Shown here: positions 36,249-46,138 of the stretch, one piece after another
Numbering within the stretch: the first letter of the stretch is position 1
How the letters are laid out: each line of letters begins with the position of its first letter
Source of the DNA: Bacteroidales bacterium
GTDB lineage: Bacteria > Bacteroidota > Bacteroidia > Bacteroidales > VadinHA17
NCBI GenBank assembly: GCA_034678415.1
Contig: JAXDBV010000181.1
Coordinates: 1 to 46,800 of the forward strand
Length of the DNA: 46,800 nucleotides
Direction of reading: 5' to 3'
Program-made: the position numbers and the translations under genes
Notes under the pieces: model-generated
The model's database searches: none
What the model saw: the letters and a program-made list of their open reading frames with translations, nothing else
Told to the model about the DNA's origin: nothing

Positions 36249-37550
36249 ATGAAAAAACATATCTACATCGTTTTCATCCTGATACTCTCTTGCTCGATCA
36301 GTGGTCTTTCGCAGCGAAGATCAACTGAGCAGCCGGATGATAAAAGAGAGAAGAAAGAAGTACCCGATGTACGCCCTGCCGGTTCTTCTGAGCCGTCATC
36401 ACGGGAAAGGGATGAACAGGTCAGCAGGCCCGCGGAGCAGCCACGGCCTGAACGTGAACTTGAGAGGAATGTCGTTCCCTCTCCTCAGGTTGAAAAGAGG
36501 GAAGCACAGGAGGTAAGGACGTATGAACCGCCGCAGCCGGCACGTGAACCCGAAAGGGAAGTGTCACGTGTACAGAGCCCCTCTGAAGAACGGACGATAC
36601 GCTCCTCGGCCACGGAGGATGATACACGTCGCACCAGCAATCAATCCCGGCCGGAGAGCCGGGAGGGAACAGCCGGCGTAAGGAATGCTGATCAGCCACG
36701 CCAGGAGAGTGAACCGGCTGACAATACACGTATTGAAAGACCGACGGAAGAGGGGAAGGTCCGTGCACGGGAGACCGGCAGTATGTCACGCACCCGGGTT
36801 GCATCTTCTCCGGAACCGGCCGACGGACGAAGAAGGGAGACCGACAGCCCGACGGAACAGACCGGCAGTTCATCCGACGGTACACGCCCTGATGATACAA
36901 GAAGACGGGCAGCCGGTTCACAAAGGTCTGCGGATAAACCCTCCGGGATTTCAACAGGTACAATAAGGCCTGAAATCGACCGCAGTAGCGAAAAGGTCAA
37001 TATGAGGCCAGCGATTACCCGCGTCTATAAGCCCGGTGAAAGAGGAGTGTACCGTTCCGACAGAAGACATAATTACGACCGGGTCGTACCTTACCATTAC
37101 GACAGGCATCCTGACAGGATTCACCGGTCCATGAACCGTCCACTCCGGACCCCGCCCCGGCTGAATATTGTCTGGAATATTGAGATATACCACTTCTATG
37201 CCGACCTGTATCCGGTAATAAGCTACTGGGATTATGACCCGTGGTATGAAGTGTACACCATACCGGCTTATGACGCCATTGATCATATCGGCCAAGTAAG
37301 AAGGGTATTTGGACGGGTGCAGGAGACCTACTACTACCCCTTGTCAGATGAATATTTCCTGTATATAGGAGCTTTCTTTCCTTACCAGGATTTCACCGTG
37401 ATCATTCCCGGCAAGATAGCCCGCAGGATCTCCAGGAATCCTGAAAAGTACTTTTTACGTGAGGACATAGTTGTTACTGGACTGATAACCGAGTATGAAG
37501 AAAGGCCGGAAATGATCGTCAAAAAACGATCACAGATCGAACGATATTGA
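36249..37550 (+). CDS. Exported hypothetical protein with a long low-complexity region and a C-terminal folded domain
   Basis: Signal peptide MKKHIYIVF...GLS|Q, about 230 aa of R/E/P/S/T-rich sequence, then an aromatic-rich C-terminal domain. Start set at ATG 36249. Confidence 0.7.
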   Translation: MKKHIYIVFILILSCSISGLSQRRSTEQPDDKREKKEVPDVRPAGSSEPSSRERDEQVSRPAEQPRPERELERNVVPSPQVEKREAQEVRTYEPPQPAREPEREVSRVQSPSEERTIRSSATEDDTRRTSNQSRPESREGTAGVRNADQPRQESEPADNTRIERPTEEGKVRARETGSMSRTRVASSPEPADGRRRETDSPTEQTGSSSDGTRPDDTRRRAAGSQRSADKPSGISTGTIRPEIDRSSEKVNMRPAITRVYKPGERGVYRSDRRHNYDRVVPYHYDRHPDRIHRSMNRPLRTPPRLNIVWNIEIYHFYADLYPVISYWDYDPWYEVYTIPAYDAIDHIGQVRRVFGRVQETYYYPLSDEYFLYIGAFFPYQDFTVIIPGKIARRISRNPEKYFLREDIVVTGLITEYEERPEMIVKKRSQIERY

Positions 37551-37558
37551 TGCAGATG

Positions 37559-37593
37559 AAAAGAAGCTGCTTCCATCGAAGCAGCTTTTTTTT
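37559..37593. terminator. Intrinsic terminator, probably bidirectional
   Basis: Hairpin aagctgcttc-catc-gaagcagctt followed by a T-run and preceded by an A-rich stretch. Sits between convergent genes. Confidence 0.85.
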
Positions 37594-37615
37594 ATCTGAA
37601 TTCCTCTCGTCCCGG

Positions 37616-38356
37616 CTAATCGAATTTCGAAAATTTATATACAAAGGAGATGCGCGTTTCGTTCATGACAGGGCCATGATCTTCCTGGAAAAATGGAGTG
37701 ATCATATAGGTAAATCCCATTCCCACCCCGCTCTTTTTATGCATAAGAAGAGCATTCACACCATACTTGGTATGATTGAGGGGGTAGTCCCTGAATTCCT
37801 CATTCTTCACCAATTCAACCTCTTTTTCCCCATCGGCTTTGAATTTCCTCTTCAGCTTTCCGCTGAGGTACAGGTCAATAAATCCTCCCGCTGAAAAATG
37901 CATGGGTCCCAGGGAAACGTCAAGGTTCAGCGGGAAATATACACTGCTGTATACCAGTTTGCTCTTCCCGTATCCGAAAAAAGTATTTACATAATCATGG
38001 TCGGGATCAGGATCTTCTTCGTATACTATCTGATCATTTTCATTGCCAATCACAAGATTGTCGGCAAAACGGTATTTATTGATGGCCAGGCCGACTCCCA
38101 GGCTGAGGTTTGCCGTCTCAGAACCGACAGTAATAAGATCCAGGGAATATCGACCGGTAAAAATGTCGAAAAGAAACCCTGATCCGAATCCATTGATGCT
38201 GGTGCGGAAATCTGTAGCATCGGGACCGGTGAAGAAGTTATATGCAATGCCTCCGTCAGTCCTTAGATTTGACATATATTTCACCTGGGATGAAGCCAAC
38301 AAAGGAAAGAAGAACATGGCGAGAAGGAGCAGTCTTTTTTCAAGGGATGATTTCAT
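37616..38356 (-). CDS. Outer-membrane beta-barrel protein (PorT/porin-like)
   Basis: Signal peptide ending ASS|Q. Alternating amphipathic strands, including 'KSKL..S....PL.L' and 'Y.ITPFF....GP'. Confidence 0.6.
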   Translation of the reverse strand: MKSSLEKRLLLLAMFFFPLLASSQVKYMSNLRTDGGIAYNFFTGPDATDFRTSINGFGSGFLFDIFTGRYSLDLITVGSETANLSLGVGLAINKYRFADNLVIGNENDQIVYEEDPDPDHDYVNTFFGYGKSKLVYSSVYFPLNLDVSLGPMHFSAGGFIDLYLSGKLKRKFKADGEKEVELVKNEEFRDYPLNHTKYGVNALLMHKKSGVGMGFTYMITPFFQEDHGPVMNETRISFVYKFSKFD

Positions 38357-38473
38357 GTGCTTGTTTTTAGGGTTTAGATATGCAAGTTACATTTTTTAGC
38401 ATATAAAAAAGGAAATCAGCGATTGTATTTTTTAGTACATTGATACGGAATTCAAATACAAAGAACAGGCGAT

Positions 38474-39592
38474 ATGAAAGCGTTACGGTTCACACTGGTT
38501 GCATCCTTCCTCATGATCCACCCGGGAATGTGGGGTCAGGCTCCGCAGAGGCCACGGGCGATGGGTTTTGTCACGGGTGAAATGGCTACGGGGCTCTTCA
38601 ACGCCATCACCGACGTGCCGGGGGTGGCGGTAGGGCATAAAACCCTCATCAGAGGGGATTCAGTAAGAACAGGCGTCACCGCCATCTTGCCCCACCAGGG
38701 AAACCTTTTCCAGGAAAAAGTGCCGGCAGCTATCAGCGTATTCAACGCGTTTGGCAAACTGGCAGGGTATACCCAGGTGAAGGAACTGGGAAATATCGAA
38801 ACACCGGTAATCCTCACCAACACACTCAATGTGGGTACTGCCGTCGAAGCAGTTGTTCAATATACATTGCAGCAGGAAGGAAACGGGGACGTACGGTCGG
38901 TGAATGCTGTGGTGGGAGAGACCAATGATGGCGGCCTGAACGATATACGGGGGATGCATGTGAAAAGAGAGGATGTATGGGAGGCTATCAGGTCTGCTGC
39001 CGGCGGTGCAGTGGCAGAAGGTTGTGTGGGAGCGGGAACAGGAACCGTTGCCTTCGGATTTAAAGGAGGTATCGGAACTTCATCGCGCATTCTGCCGGAA
39101 TGGGATGGGAAAGTATATACCGTGGGAGTGCTGGTACAGACAAACTTCGGCCGTGACCTGGTGATACATGGCGTACCAGTGGGATATGAGCTGAGAAAAA
39201 GAGCGGAGGAGAACAGGAGCGGATCATGCATGATCGTGATCGCCACCGATGCCCCTCTCTCTGAAAGAAACCTTGAACGAATGGCCAACAGGGCATTCAT
39301 CGGCATGGGTCGTACCACCACCGTGATGTCAAACAGCTCGGGCGATTATGCCATCGCCTTCTCAACCGCTTACCGGATCCCCCACCGTTGTGATTCGGCT
39401 ACCTATCCGGTTCCCCGATTACTGTCAAACGACAGGATGACAACCCTGTTCAGAGCCGTTGAGGAAGCAACAGAAGAAGCCATATACAACTCCCTGTTCA
39501 TGGCTGTTACTACTTCAGGAAGTAACAATAACCTGATCGAAGCATTGCCCGTTAAAAAGGTTATGAAGATTATGAATAAATACGGAAGATGA
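38474..39592 (+). CDS. dmpA: DmpA-like L-aminopeptidase/D-esterase (peptidase family P1/S58)
   Basis: Motifs 'NAITDVPGV.VGH', 'GETNDG.LND', 'GFKGGIGTSSR', the autocleavage 'GSCMIVIATDAPL' and 'EEAIYNSL'. Confidence 0.88.
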   Translation: MKALRFTLVASFLMIHPGMWGQAPQRPRAMGFVTGEMATGLFNAITDVPGVAVGHKTLIRGDSVRTGVTAILPHQGNLFQEKVPAAISVFNAFGKLAGYTQVKELGNIETPVILTNTLNVGTAVEAVVQYTLQQEGNGDVRSVNAVVGETNDGGLNDIRGMHVKREDVWEAIRSAAGGAVAEGCVGAGTGTVAFGFKGGIGTSSRILPEWDGKVYTVGVLVQTNFGRDLVIHGVPVGYELRKRAEENRSGSCMIVIATDAPLSERNLERMANRAFIGMGRTTTVMSNSSGDYAIAFSTAYRIPHRCDSATYPVPRLLSNDRMTTLFRAVEEATEEAIYNSLFMAVTTSGSNNNLIEALPVKKVMKIMNKYGR

Positions 39593-41091
39593 TCCGGAAA
39601 CTGACATTGTTTTTTATCGTATTGATAATCAGTCCAAACATCTTTGGCATATCTTATTATGTTGCGGTAAATGGAGATGATTCCAATAACGGCACCTCGG
39701 TGAGCACCCCGTTTGCCACCCTTTCCAAAGCATTGGGCCTTGTAAAGGCGGGTGACGTTATTTACGTGGGGGGAGGCACTTACCATTTTACCTCATCCCT
39801 GGAAATATCGGTGAGCGGTAATGTCAACGACAGCTGCCGGCTCATGGCTTATCCGGGCGAACGACCCAGGCTTGACTTCTCTGGTACCCCCCTGGGTACA
39901 CGCGGTATAAAGCTAAAAGGTGACTACTGGCACATAAAGGGATTTGATGTGTGTAAGGCAGGTGACAACGGGATACATATCTCCGGGGGGAATAATGTGA
40001 TCGAATTCTGCCGTTTCTTTGAGAACGGGGACAGTGGCTTGCAGCTAAGCAACGGGGCACACCATAATGCCATTATTAACTGTGATTCTTATTTTAATGC
40101 CGATCCCACCGACTATGGTGACGCGGATGGCTTCGCCTGTAAGATGGATGTGGGGAGCCATAACCGGTTTTACGGCTGCCGTTCCTGGCTCAATGTGGAT
40201 GACGGATGGGACGGATATCTCAGGGGAGCCGATGATGTGACTTCATCGATAGAAAACTGCTGGACATGGAGAAACGGCTACTTTAAAGATGGAACAGACG
40301 CCGGGCCCAGCGCCAACGGCAATGGATTTAAAACGGGTGGCAGCGATGACAAAACCCTGAAACATAACGTTACACTTAAAAACTGCATCGCATTTGATAA
40401 TAAATCAAAAGGATTCGATCAGAATAATAACCGGGGCAGCATGATCCTGTACCATTGTACAGGCTACCGGAACGAGGGGAAAAACTACAGTCTGAGCCAG
40501 GAACTGGCCGAGGGGAAAATACTGGAAGTGAAAAACTGCGTGGCAGTGGATGGGAAGGTGAGTATCGCTGCCTTTGCCCTTCAGCTTACCAACAGCTGGA
40601 TGGAACCTTTCATCGTATCCGTTGAGGATTTTGTGAGCCTTGATACCACAGGGATCTCACAACCCCGGAAACCTGACGGCAGCCTGCCCGATGTGGATTT
40701 TCTCCACCTTGCCGAAGGCAGCGATCTTATCGACGGCGGCACCAATCTTGGATTCCCGTTCCTGGGAGCAGCCCCCGATCCGGGCGCTTTTGAATTTGAT
40801 CAGGTGAATAGTATTTATCCCGCTTTTCAGGATGATGAAGGGTATTTCAGGCTCAGGCTGGGAAGGAATCCCGTTGATGATCTACTCGATATTTATTTTG
40901 AAATATCCGTGGCAGATGAAATCACCTGGATGATTTGGGATATGCAAGGCAGGACCCTCTGTACGAGCCGCCGGCACTATCCGGCAGGACCGGGAAATGT
41001 CATTGTTCCCACTGGTGATTTACCCGCTGGTGTCTATATATTTGGTATGACTGCGAACCGCGGCGTACAGTATATCAGGTTCGTAAAATAG
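39589..41091 (+). CDS. Pectate/rhamnogalacturonan lyase PL9 with T9SS C-terminal domain
   Basis: Motifs 'DADGFACK', 'N.DDGWD', 'GNGFK.GG' and 'GFDQNNN'. C-terminal domain 'NPV...IWDMQGR...LPAGVY...RFVK'. Confidence 0.88.
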   Translation: MIRKLTLFFIVLIISPNIFGISYYVAVNGDDSNNGTSVSTPFATLSKALGLVKAGDVIYVGGGTYHFTSSLEISVSGNVNDSCRLMAYPGERPRLDFSGTPLGTRGIKLKGDYWHIKGFDVCKAGDNGIHISGGNNVIEFCRFFENGDSGLQLSNGAHHNAIINCDSYFNADPTDYGDADGFACKMDVGSHNRFYGCRSWLNVDDGWDGYLRGADDVTSSIENCWTWRNGYFKDGTDAGPSANGNGFKTGGSDDKTLKHNVTLKNCIAFDNKSKGFDQNNNRGSMILYHCTGYRNEGKNYSLSQELAEGKILEVKNCVAVDGKVSIAAFALQLTNSWMEPFIVSVEDFVSLDTTGISQPRKPDGSLPDVDFLHLAEGSDLIDGGTNLGFPFLGAAPDPGAFEFDQVNSIYPAFQDDEGYFRLRLGRNPVDDLLDIYFEISVADEITWMIWDMQGRTLCTSRRHYPAGPGNVIVPTGDLPAGVYIFGMTANRGVQYIRFVK

Positions 41092-41092
41092 A

Positions 41093-42439
41093 TCATCGCT
41101 TCCCCGGACGGTTCAGGTATTCCTCCAGCATGGTATAGCCGGATGGCGATATTTTGTTGCGGTCTTCCGGATTGCCAGGATTCAGATTGTTCATTCGCTC
41201 CCATTCATCCGGCATCCCATCCCTGTCGGTATCGGTTTTCACATCATAGGTTCTCAACATCGGCCATCCTTCCGTGTTACGCTGGGAATCAATAATACCT
41301 GTTCGGGGTCCATAAGAGTCGCCAAACGTACATTTTCCGGCTCTTGTCTCCCTGATAATCCTTGTGTCGACAGCATCGCGCTGCGGCAATACCGCACCGG
41401 CATGCTTCAGCACAAGCCGGTAGGCTTTTCTTGCGTTGTGGGTGGTGACGGGTGCGGCATTGAAAGGTTTGTTAACCCTGATATCCTGTTGTGAGGCAAA
41501 GTCACCCTGCACGCCCCCGGCCCAGTTATCCGATGATATCATCTCTGATCCTCTGACATAGTTCCCGTTAAGATACCACCTTCCTTCGGAGTCGAACGGT
41601 TCGACAATACGGTGGATCACTGATTTTATTGTTGCCGGCCCCGCCTTGTAATAGTTTTTGATCATGTTCTGTTGTCCCATCTCTCCTCCATAGGCACTGT
41701 TATATCCCCAGTTGAAAATGACATTATTCCTGAAGTCGACGATCTCCGTTTCCCTGGTGTCAGGGTGGTATCGTGCCCCGCAGAACCGGGGGTTACGGCT
41801 GCTGTGGCTAGCCAGCAGGTTGTGATGGAAAGAGGCGCCCATTCCTCCCCATATGCCTCCAAATCCATGTTTTCCCTTGGGATGGCCGGCATTATAAAGG
41901 CTTTCAGAGATGAGGCACCACTGAAGGGTAACGTTCCGGTTATCATAGAATGAGGCGGCCTCATCCACAGACCAGCTCATGGAGCAGTGGTCAATGATGA
42001 TATTTGTATGCCGGATGCACGATATTGCATCCTTTGGCTCCTCCGCTGGAATATCATTGCCCGGCCTGAACCGGATATACCGTATGATAACATTATCCGC
42101 ATCGATGGATACGGTATGGTTTTTAATACAGATGCCGTCGCCCGGGGCTGTCTGCCCGGCGATGGTTACATCTCCTTTGGAGATTATCAGTTTACGTTGC
42201 AGCTCTATGTTGCCCGATACGGCAAAGACGATGGTTCTTGGTCCGGTTTTGTTCAGCGCCCAGCGCAGCGATCCGTGTGGAGCTCCGGTTACGGAATCGG
42301 CCAGGGTGGTTACGATATACACGTCACCACCCCTTCCCCCGGTGGTATATCTTCCGGCCCCCTCGGCTCCGGGAAACGCCGGTAGCTGTGAATGAACCTG
42401 CAGGGGTATGAATATACATAAGGCAAATACTATTCTCAC
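41093..42439 (-). CDS. Pectate lyase PL1
   Basis: Motifs 'AFPGAEG.G..TTGGRGG', 'TIAGQTAPGDG', 'IDHCS.SWSVDE', 'RNPRF' and 'D.DGMPD.WE'. Confidence 0.92.
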   Translation of the reverse strand: MRIVFALCIFIPLQVHSQLPAFPGAEGAGRYTTGGRGGDVYIVTTLADSVTGAPHGSLRWALNKTGPRTIVFAVSGNIELQRKLIISKGDVTIAGQTAPGDGICIKNHTVSIDADNVIIRYIRFRPGNDIPAEEPKDAISCIRHTNIIIDHCSMSWSVDEAASFYDNRNVTLQWCLISESLYNAGHPKGKHGFGGIWGGMGASFHHNLLASHSSRNPRFCGARYHPDTRETEIVDFRNNVIFNWGYNSAYGGEMGQQNMIKNYYKAGPATIKSVIHRIVEPFDSEGRWYLNGNYVRGSEMISSDNWAGGVQGDFASQQDIRVNKPFNAAPVTTHNARKAYRLVLKHAGAVLPQRDAVDTRIIRETRAGKCTFGDSYGPRTGIIDSQRNTEGWPMLRTYDVKTDTDRDGMPDEWERMNNLNPGNPEDRNKISPSGYTMLEEYLNRPGKR

Positions 42440-42457
42440 TGTACCCAGTCTGTATTA

Positions 42458-44143
42458 TTATAATATCTCGATCGATGTGGCCTTCACTTCCTCGCCAATG
42501 ACAGTCGCTGTTCCTGCAACGGAAGGTGTGACCGATTGTATCCTTATATTCTCCGTTTTTTCTCCCCTTATTTCAATACCGGTTTCTTCCATATTCGGTA
42601 CATCAAGTCCTGCAATATCCACGTTCATGCTATTATATATCTGTATTGCTGGCTTGTTTTTAATGACAAGGCGTATATTCCTGACATACACCCCGTTGGC
42701 ATCCATACAGGTGAGCCCGTTATCGGCTTCCATATGGATATTTTCCAGCATGACATTTTCCAGGTTCAGTTCAGGGAGACCCTGGAGGAACAGCGCTTGC
42801 ATAGCACCTTTACAGGTGATATTCCTGATGGAGATATTCCTGAACCGGGGAGTCTCCTCCGTCATGGGGGGATATGTACCGGTACCACCCTTATTCTTTT
42901 CTTCCTCCAGCATCTCAGGAACCGACAAACCATTATAATACAGGTTGAAAGATAGGGCGTAGGTAGGGATATTGATCATATCGATATCGGAGTAGAAGAT
43001 GTTTTCTACTGTTCCTCCCCGTCCCCGGGTGCTTTTAAAACGTAGGCCCACATCCGTGCCGATGAAGGTACAGCCCGAGGCATGAATATTCCTTACCCCT
43101 CCTGACATTTCGCTGCCAATAGTGATGCCTCCGTGTCCGTGGTACACGATACAATTTCTTATGACTACATTCTCCGTTGGCAATCCCCTTTTCCTGCCAT
43201 CCTCATCCTTTCCCGACTTGATGCATATGGCGTCATCCCCCACATCGAAGCTGCAGTTATGCACGAGGGCATTCCTGCACGATTCAATGTCAAGTCCATC
43301 GCCGTTTTGGGAGTACCAGGGGTTCTTCACCGTGATGTTACGGATGGTGAGGTTTTCACACATCAGGGGATGGATGCACCACGCGGGGGAGTTTTGAAAC
43401 ACGGGCCCGTCAAACAGCACCTTGTTGCACTGTATCAAGCTTACCATCACCGGTCGCAGGAAATCTTTTATTGCTTTATAGTCTTCAATGCTTTGCAATT
43501 GCCTGGGCACATTCATCTCGCTGATCTTTTGTCCATGCTGGTAAGATGCCGAGGGGTACCATGTCTTGCCATCTTTATCGACGATGCCGCCCGACCTGAC
43601 CAGTGTCTTCCATTGTGATTCGGTGGTCTTGCTTTTCTTCACCGGCCTCCATACCTCACCTGTACCGTCAAAGATCCCTTTTCCGGTAAAGGCAATGTTC
43701 TCAAGGTTTTTTCCATAGACAGGCGACAGGCAGCGGACAGTGTTATACCCTTCGAAGCTGGTTTCAATCAACGGGTATAGATCTTTATCGGCGCTGAAGA
43801 TCACAAGGGCGCCTTCTTCTGTATGAATATTGATGTTGCTTTTAAGGATGATGGGGCCGGTAAGCCACAGCCCACGCGGTATGATTACCCTCCCGCCGCC
43901 CCTGGCCGAAACATGATCAATGGCATCAGCAAAAGCCTGCGAATTCAGTATCTGCCCCCCGCTGACAGCGCCAAAGTCAGTGATGGAAACAGCGTAATCG
44001 GGAATCACCGGTTCTGATACTACCGGCATCTCAAACTCAAGGTTCTCAAACCGTGCGTGTGAGGGAGCCACCCCTTTTTCAACCGGCGCACATGAGAAGA
44101 CGAAAAACAAGAGAATGATATACGGCAAAATGATACGGTTCAT
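42458..44143 (-). CDS. Glycoside hydrolase family 28 (polygalacturonase) lipoprotein
   Basis: Motifs 'NGDGLD', 'GDDAICIKSG', 'GHGG..IGSE' and 'RFKS'. Lipobox VFS|C if the start is ATG 44143. Confidence 0.92.
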   Translation of the reverse strand: MNRIILPYIILLFFVFSCAPVEKGVAPSHARFENLEFEMPVVSEPVIPDYAVSITDFGAVSGGQILNSQAFADAIDHVSARGGGRVIIPRGLWLTGPIILKSNINIHTEEGALVIFSADKDLYPLIETSFEGYNTVRCLSPVYGKNLENIAFTGKGIFDGTGEVWRPVKKSKTTESQWKTLVRSGGIVDKDGKTWYPSASYQHGQKISEMNVPRQLQSIEDYKAIKDFLRPVMVSLIQCNKVLFDGPVFQNSPAWCIHPLMCENLTIRNITVKNPWYSQNGDGLDIESCRNALVHNCSFDVGDDAICIKSGKDEDGRKRGLPTENVVIRNCIVYHGHGGITIGSEMSGGVRNIHASGCTFIGTDVGLRFKSTRGRGGTVENIFYSDIDMINIPTYALSFNLYYNGLSVPEMLEEEKNKGGTGTYPPMTEETPRFRNISIRNITCKGAMQALFLQGLPELNLENVMLENIHMEADNGLTCMDANGVYVRNIRLVIKNKPAIQIYNSMNVDIAGLDVPNMEETGIEIRGEKTENIRIQSVTPSVAGTATVIGEEVKATSIEIL

Positions 44144-44159
44144 GATGCAACCTGTATAA

Positions 44160-45842
44160 TTATTTATTGTCTTCATTGTTCTTTTCTATTCTGAACCAGT
44201 CGATATCCAGTCCTCCGGCATCATTGACAAATCCGTTGCTCAGGGCGAAGAATCCTGTTTTGGCGCCGATCCACATACCGGGGCTGGCATTGAACACTTC
44301 CCCGCAGGTGATGAACTGCCGGCCATCGGTGCTGTAGCTGAAGCTGCATGATGCACCCGACTCAACCTTCACCCGTAAGTAAACCTCCGGTTCCTGAATT
44401 TCTTCCGAATATATGATTTTTTCTTCTGTTCCCTTGTTTGCGCCTGTACATTGCACCACGCGTACAAAGAGTTTTTCGCCGGCACGCATGAGGGAGATGT
44501 ACTGGTAATCCTGTCCCATCATCACCAGGCCTGCTTCATCTCCTTCAGCCCTGGGGTGGAATATCACTGAAGCGGTGGCTGTAAATGCCTCGGCGGGGAG
44601 TTTCTGCAGAAACAGGTTTGGCACATCCCAGAGGTTGCGGTAGTGGTCTGGCCTGGCGATGCAGTTAAGACGATAGAACCCCATCAGTCCGGCCGGATAT
44701 CCCCAGGTGATGGAAGGGTTGGCATGCCACTGCCATTGCAGCCCCGACGTGGGACCGTTGAACTCGTCACTTTCAGGAGGTGTGACAACAGGATACACCA
44801 TAGCCACATCGGGTTTCCTGAACGATGTCACCGGTTCTCCAATGCCGTCATTGTCACTGTCTGTACCAATAACAGGCCAGTCATCAACCCATTGCATCGG
44901 CTGAAGATGAACCACACGTCCGTAAGGGCCCTTATCCTGGAAATGGATGAACCAATCCTCGCCGGTATGCGTGTTCACCCAGGCTCCCTGATGCGGCCCG
45001 TTAACTGAAGTGTTCTCCTGTGCAAGAACGATCCTTTCCTCGTATGGACCATAGATATTCTTTGAGCGCAACACCAGTTGCCAGCCATATTTGACACCGC
45101 CGGCAGGGGCAAAGATGTAATAATATCCGTTCCGTTTATAGAATTTGGGCCCTTCGACGGTGGGGTGTGCAGGGTGGCCGTCGAATACCATAACCCCGTT
45201 GCCGGTCACCCGGCAGCTGACAGGGTCCATTTTACATACGATCAGCACACTTTTTACACCGGCGCGGCTGCCGGCAAAAGCAAAGACGAGGTAAGCATTC
45301 CCGTCATCATCCCAGAGGGGTGAGGGATCAATCAGTCCCTCTCCCGCCATTACAAGCTGGGGCTCACTCCAGGGACCGGCAATACTGCCGGATCGTACCA
45401 GGTAAATACCCCTGTCGGGATCAGGGTAGAAGATATAAAACTCATCGTTATGATAGCGCAGGCACGGAGCCCACACACCTCCCCCATGCTGTGAGGTGTT
45501 AAACACTTCTGTGGGTGAAAGCAACGGAAGGGCATGACCCACCAGGTTCCAGTTGACAAGATCCTTTGAATGGAGAAGCGGTAACCCCGGAACACAGTTG
45601 AACGAGGAAGCTGTCATGTAAAAATCATCCCCCACCCGTATGACATCCGGATCGGAATAATCGGCATGGAGGACGGGATTCCTGTAGGTGCCGTCTCCCC
45701 GGTCGGCTTGCCATACCCCTGGATCCGTTTTTTTTGCCTCACCGTCCTGGTCCCTGTTTTCTTTCCCGGCGAAACGCGTCTGACAGGTTACACCTGACGA
45801 AAGAACCAGTATGGCATTGATATACAACAGGATACGTTTCAT
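44160..45842 (-). CDS. Glycoside hydrolase family 43 with C-terminal beta-sandwich
   Basis: Motifs 'NPVLHADYSDPDVIRVG', 'WAP', 'IDPS', 'EGPKF' and 'HQG'. Confidence 0.92.
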   Translation of the reverse strand: MKRILLYINAILVLSSGVTCQTRFAGKENRDQDGEAKKTDPGVWQADRGDGTYRNPVLHADYSDPDVIRVGDDFYMTASSFNCVPGLPLLHSKDLVNWNLVGHALPLLSPTEVFNTSQHGGGVWAPCLRYHNDEFYIFYPDPDRGIYLVRSGSIAGPWSEPQLVMAGEGLIDPSPLWDDDGNAYLVFAFAGSRAGVKSVLIVCKMDPVSCRVTGNGVMVFDGHPAHPTVEGPKFYKRNGYYYIFAPAGGVKYGWQLVLRSKNIYGPYEERIVLAQENTSVNGPHQGAWVNTHTGEDWFIHFQDKGPYGRVVHLQPMQWVDDWPVIGTDSDNDGIGEPVTSFRKPDVAMVYPVVTPPESDEFNGPTSGLQWQWHANPSITWGYPAGLMGFYRLNCIARPDHYRNLWDVPNLFLQKLPAEAFTATASVIFHPRAEGDEAGLVMMGQDYQYISLMRAGEKLFVRVVQCTGANKGTEEKIIYSEEIQEPEVYLRVKVESGASCSFSYSTDGRQFITCGEVFNASPGMWIGAKTGFFALSNGFVNDAGGLDIDWFRIEKNNEDNK

Positions 45843-45844
45843 AA

Positions 45845-45897
45845 ATTACGTAATTAATTCAGTAATTGATTCAATAATTAATTCAGTAATTAATGCA
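45845..45897. repeat. Four tandem 12-bp units (RTAATTRATKCA) preceded by ATTAC
   Basis: gtaattaattca / gtaattgattca / ataattaattca / gtaattaatgca at 45850-45897, immediately upstream of the GH43 ATG. Confidence 0.85.
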
Positions 45898-46138
45898 TTT
45901 CTTTCCTCTCATGGTCTTTTCCGGTGCAACCCCGGTATCGCAGGAATAAAAACCGGATGTTTTCATGGGGTATCGCTGTCTGATGATAAACTGAACCGCC
46001 CTCTGTGTCTGTGTTTCAGGTTATTTCCCGCACAGTGCCCCGGGAAGGTATATCTTGTCAAACACCTGCGATGTGAAGGAGAAGAACAATTTACCTTGCC
46101 AGCGGATGTACAGCCGGCGGATATTTCAATCATACATC

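Noticed and set aside
45850-45897. Possible CRISPR array
   Set aside because: The units are 12 bp, contiguous and have no spacers. No cas genes are present.
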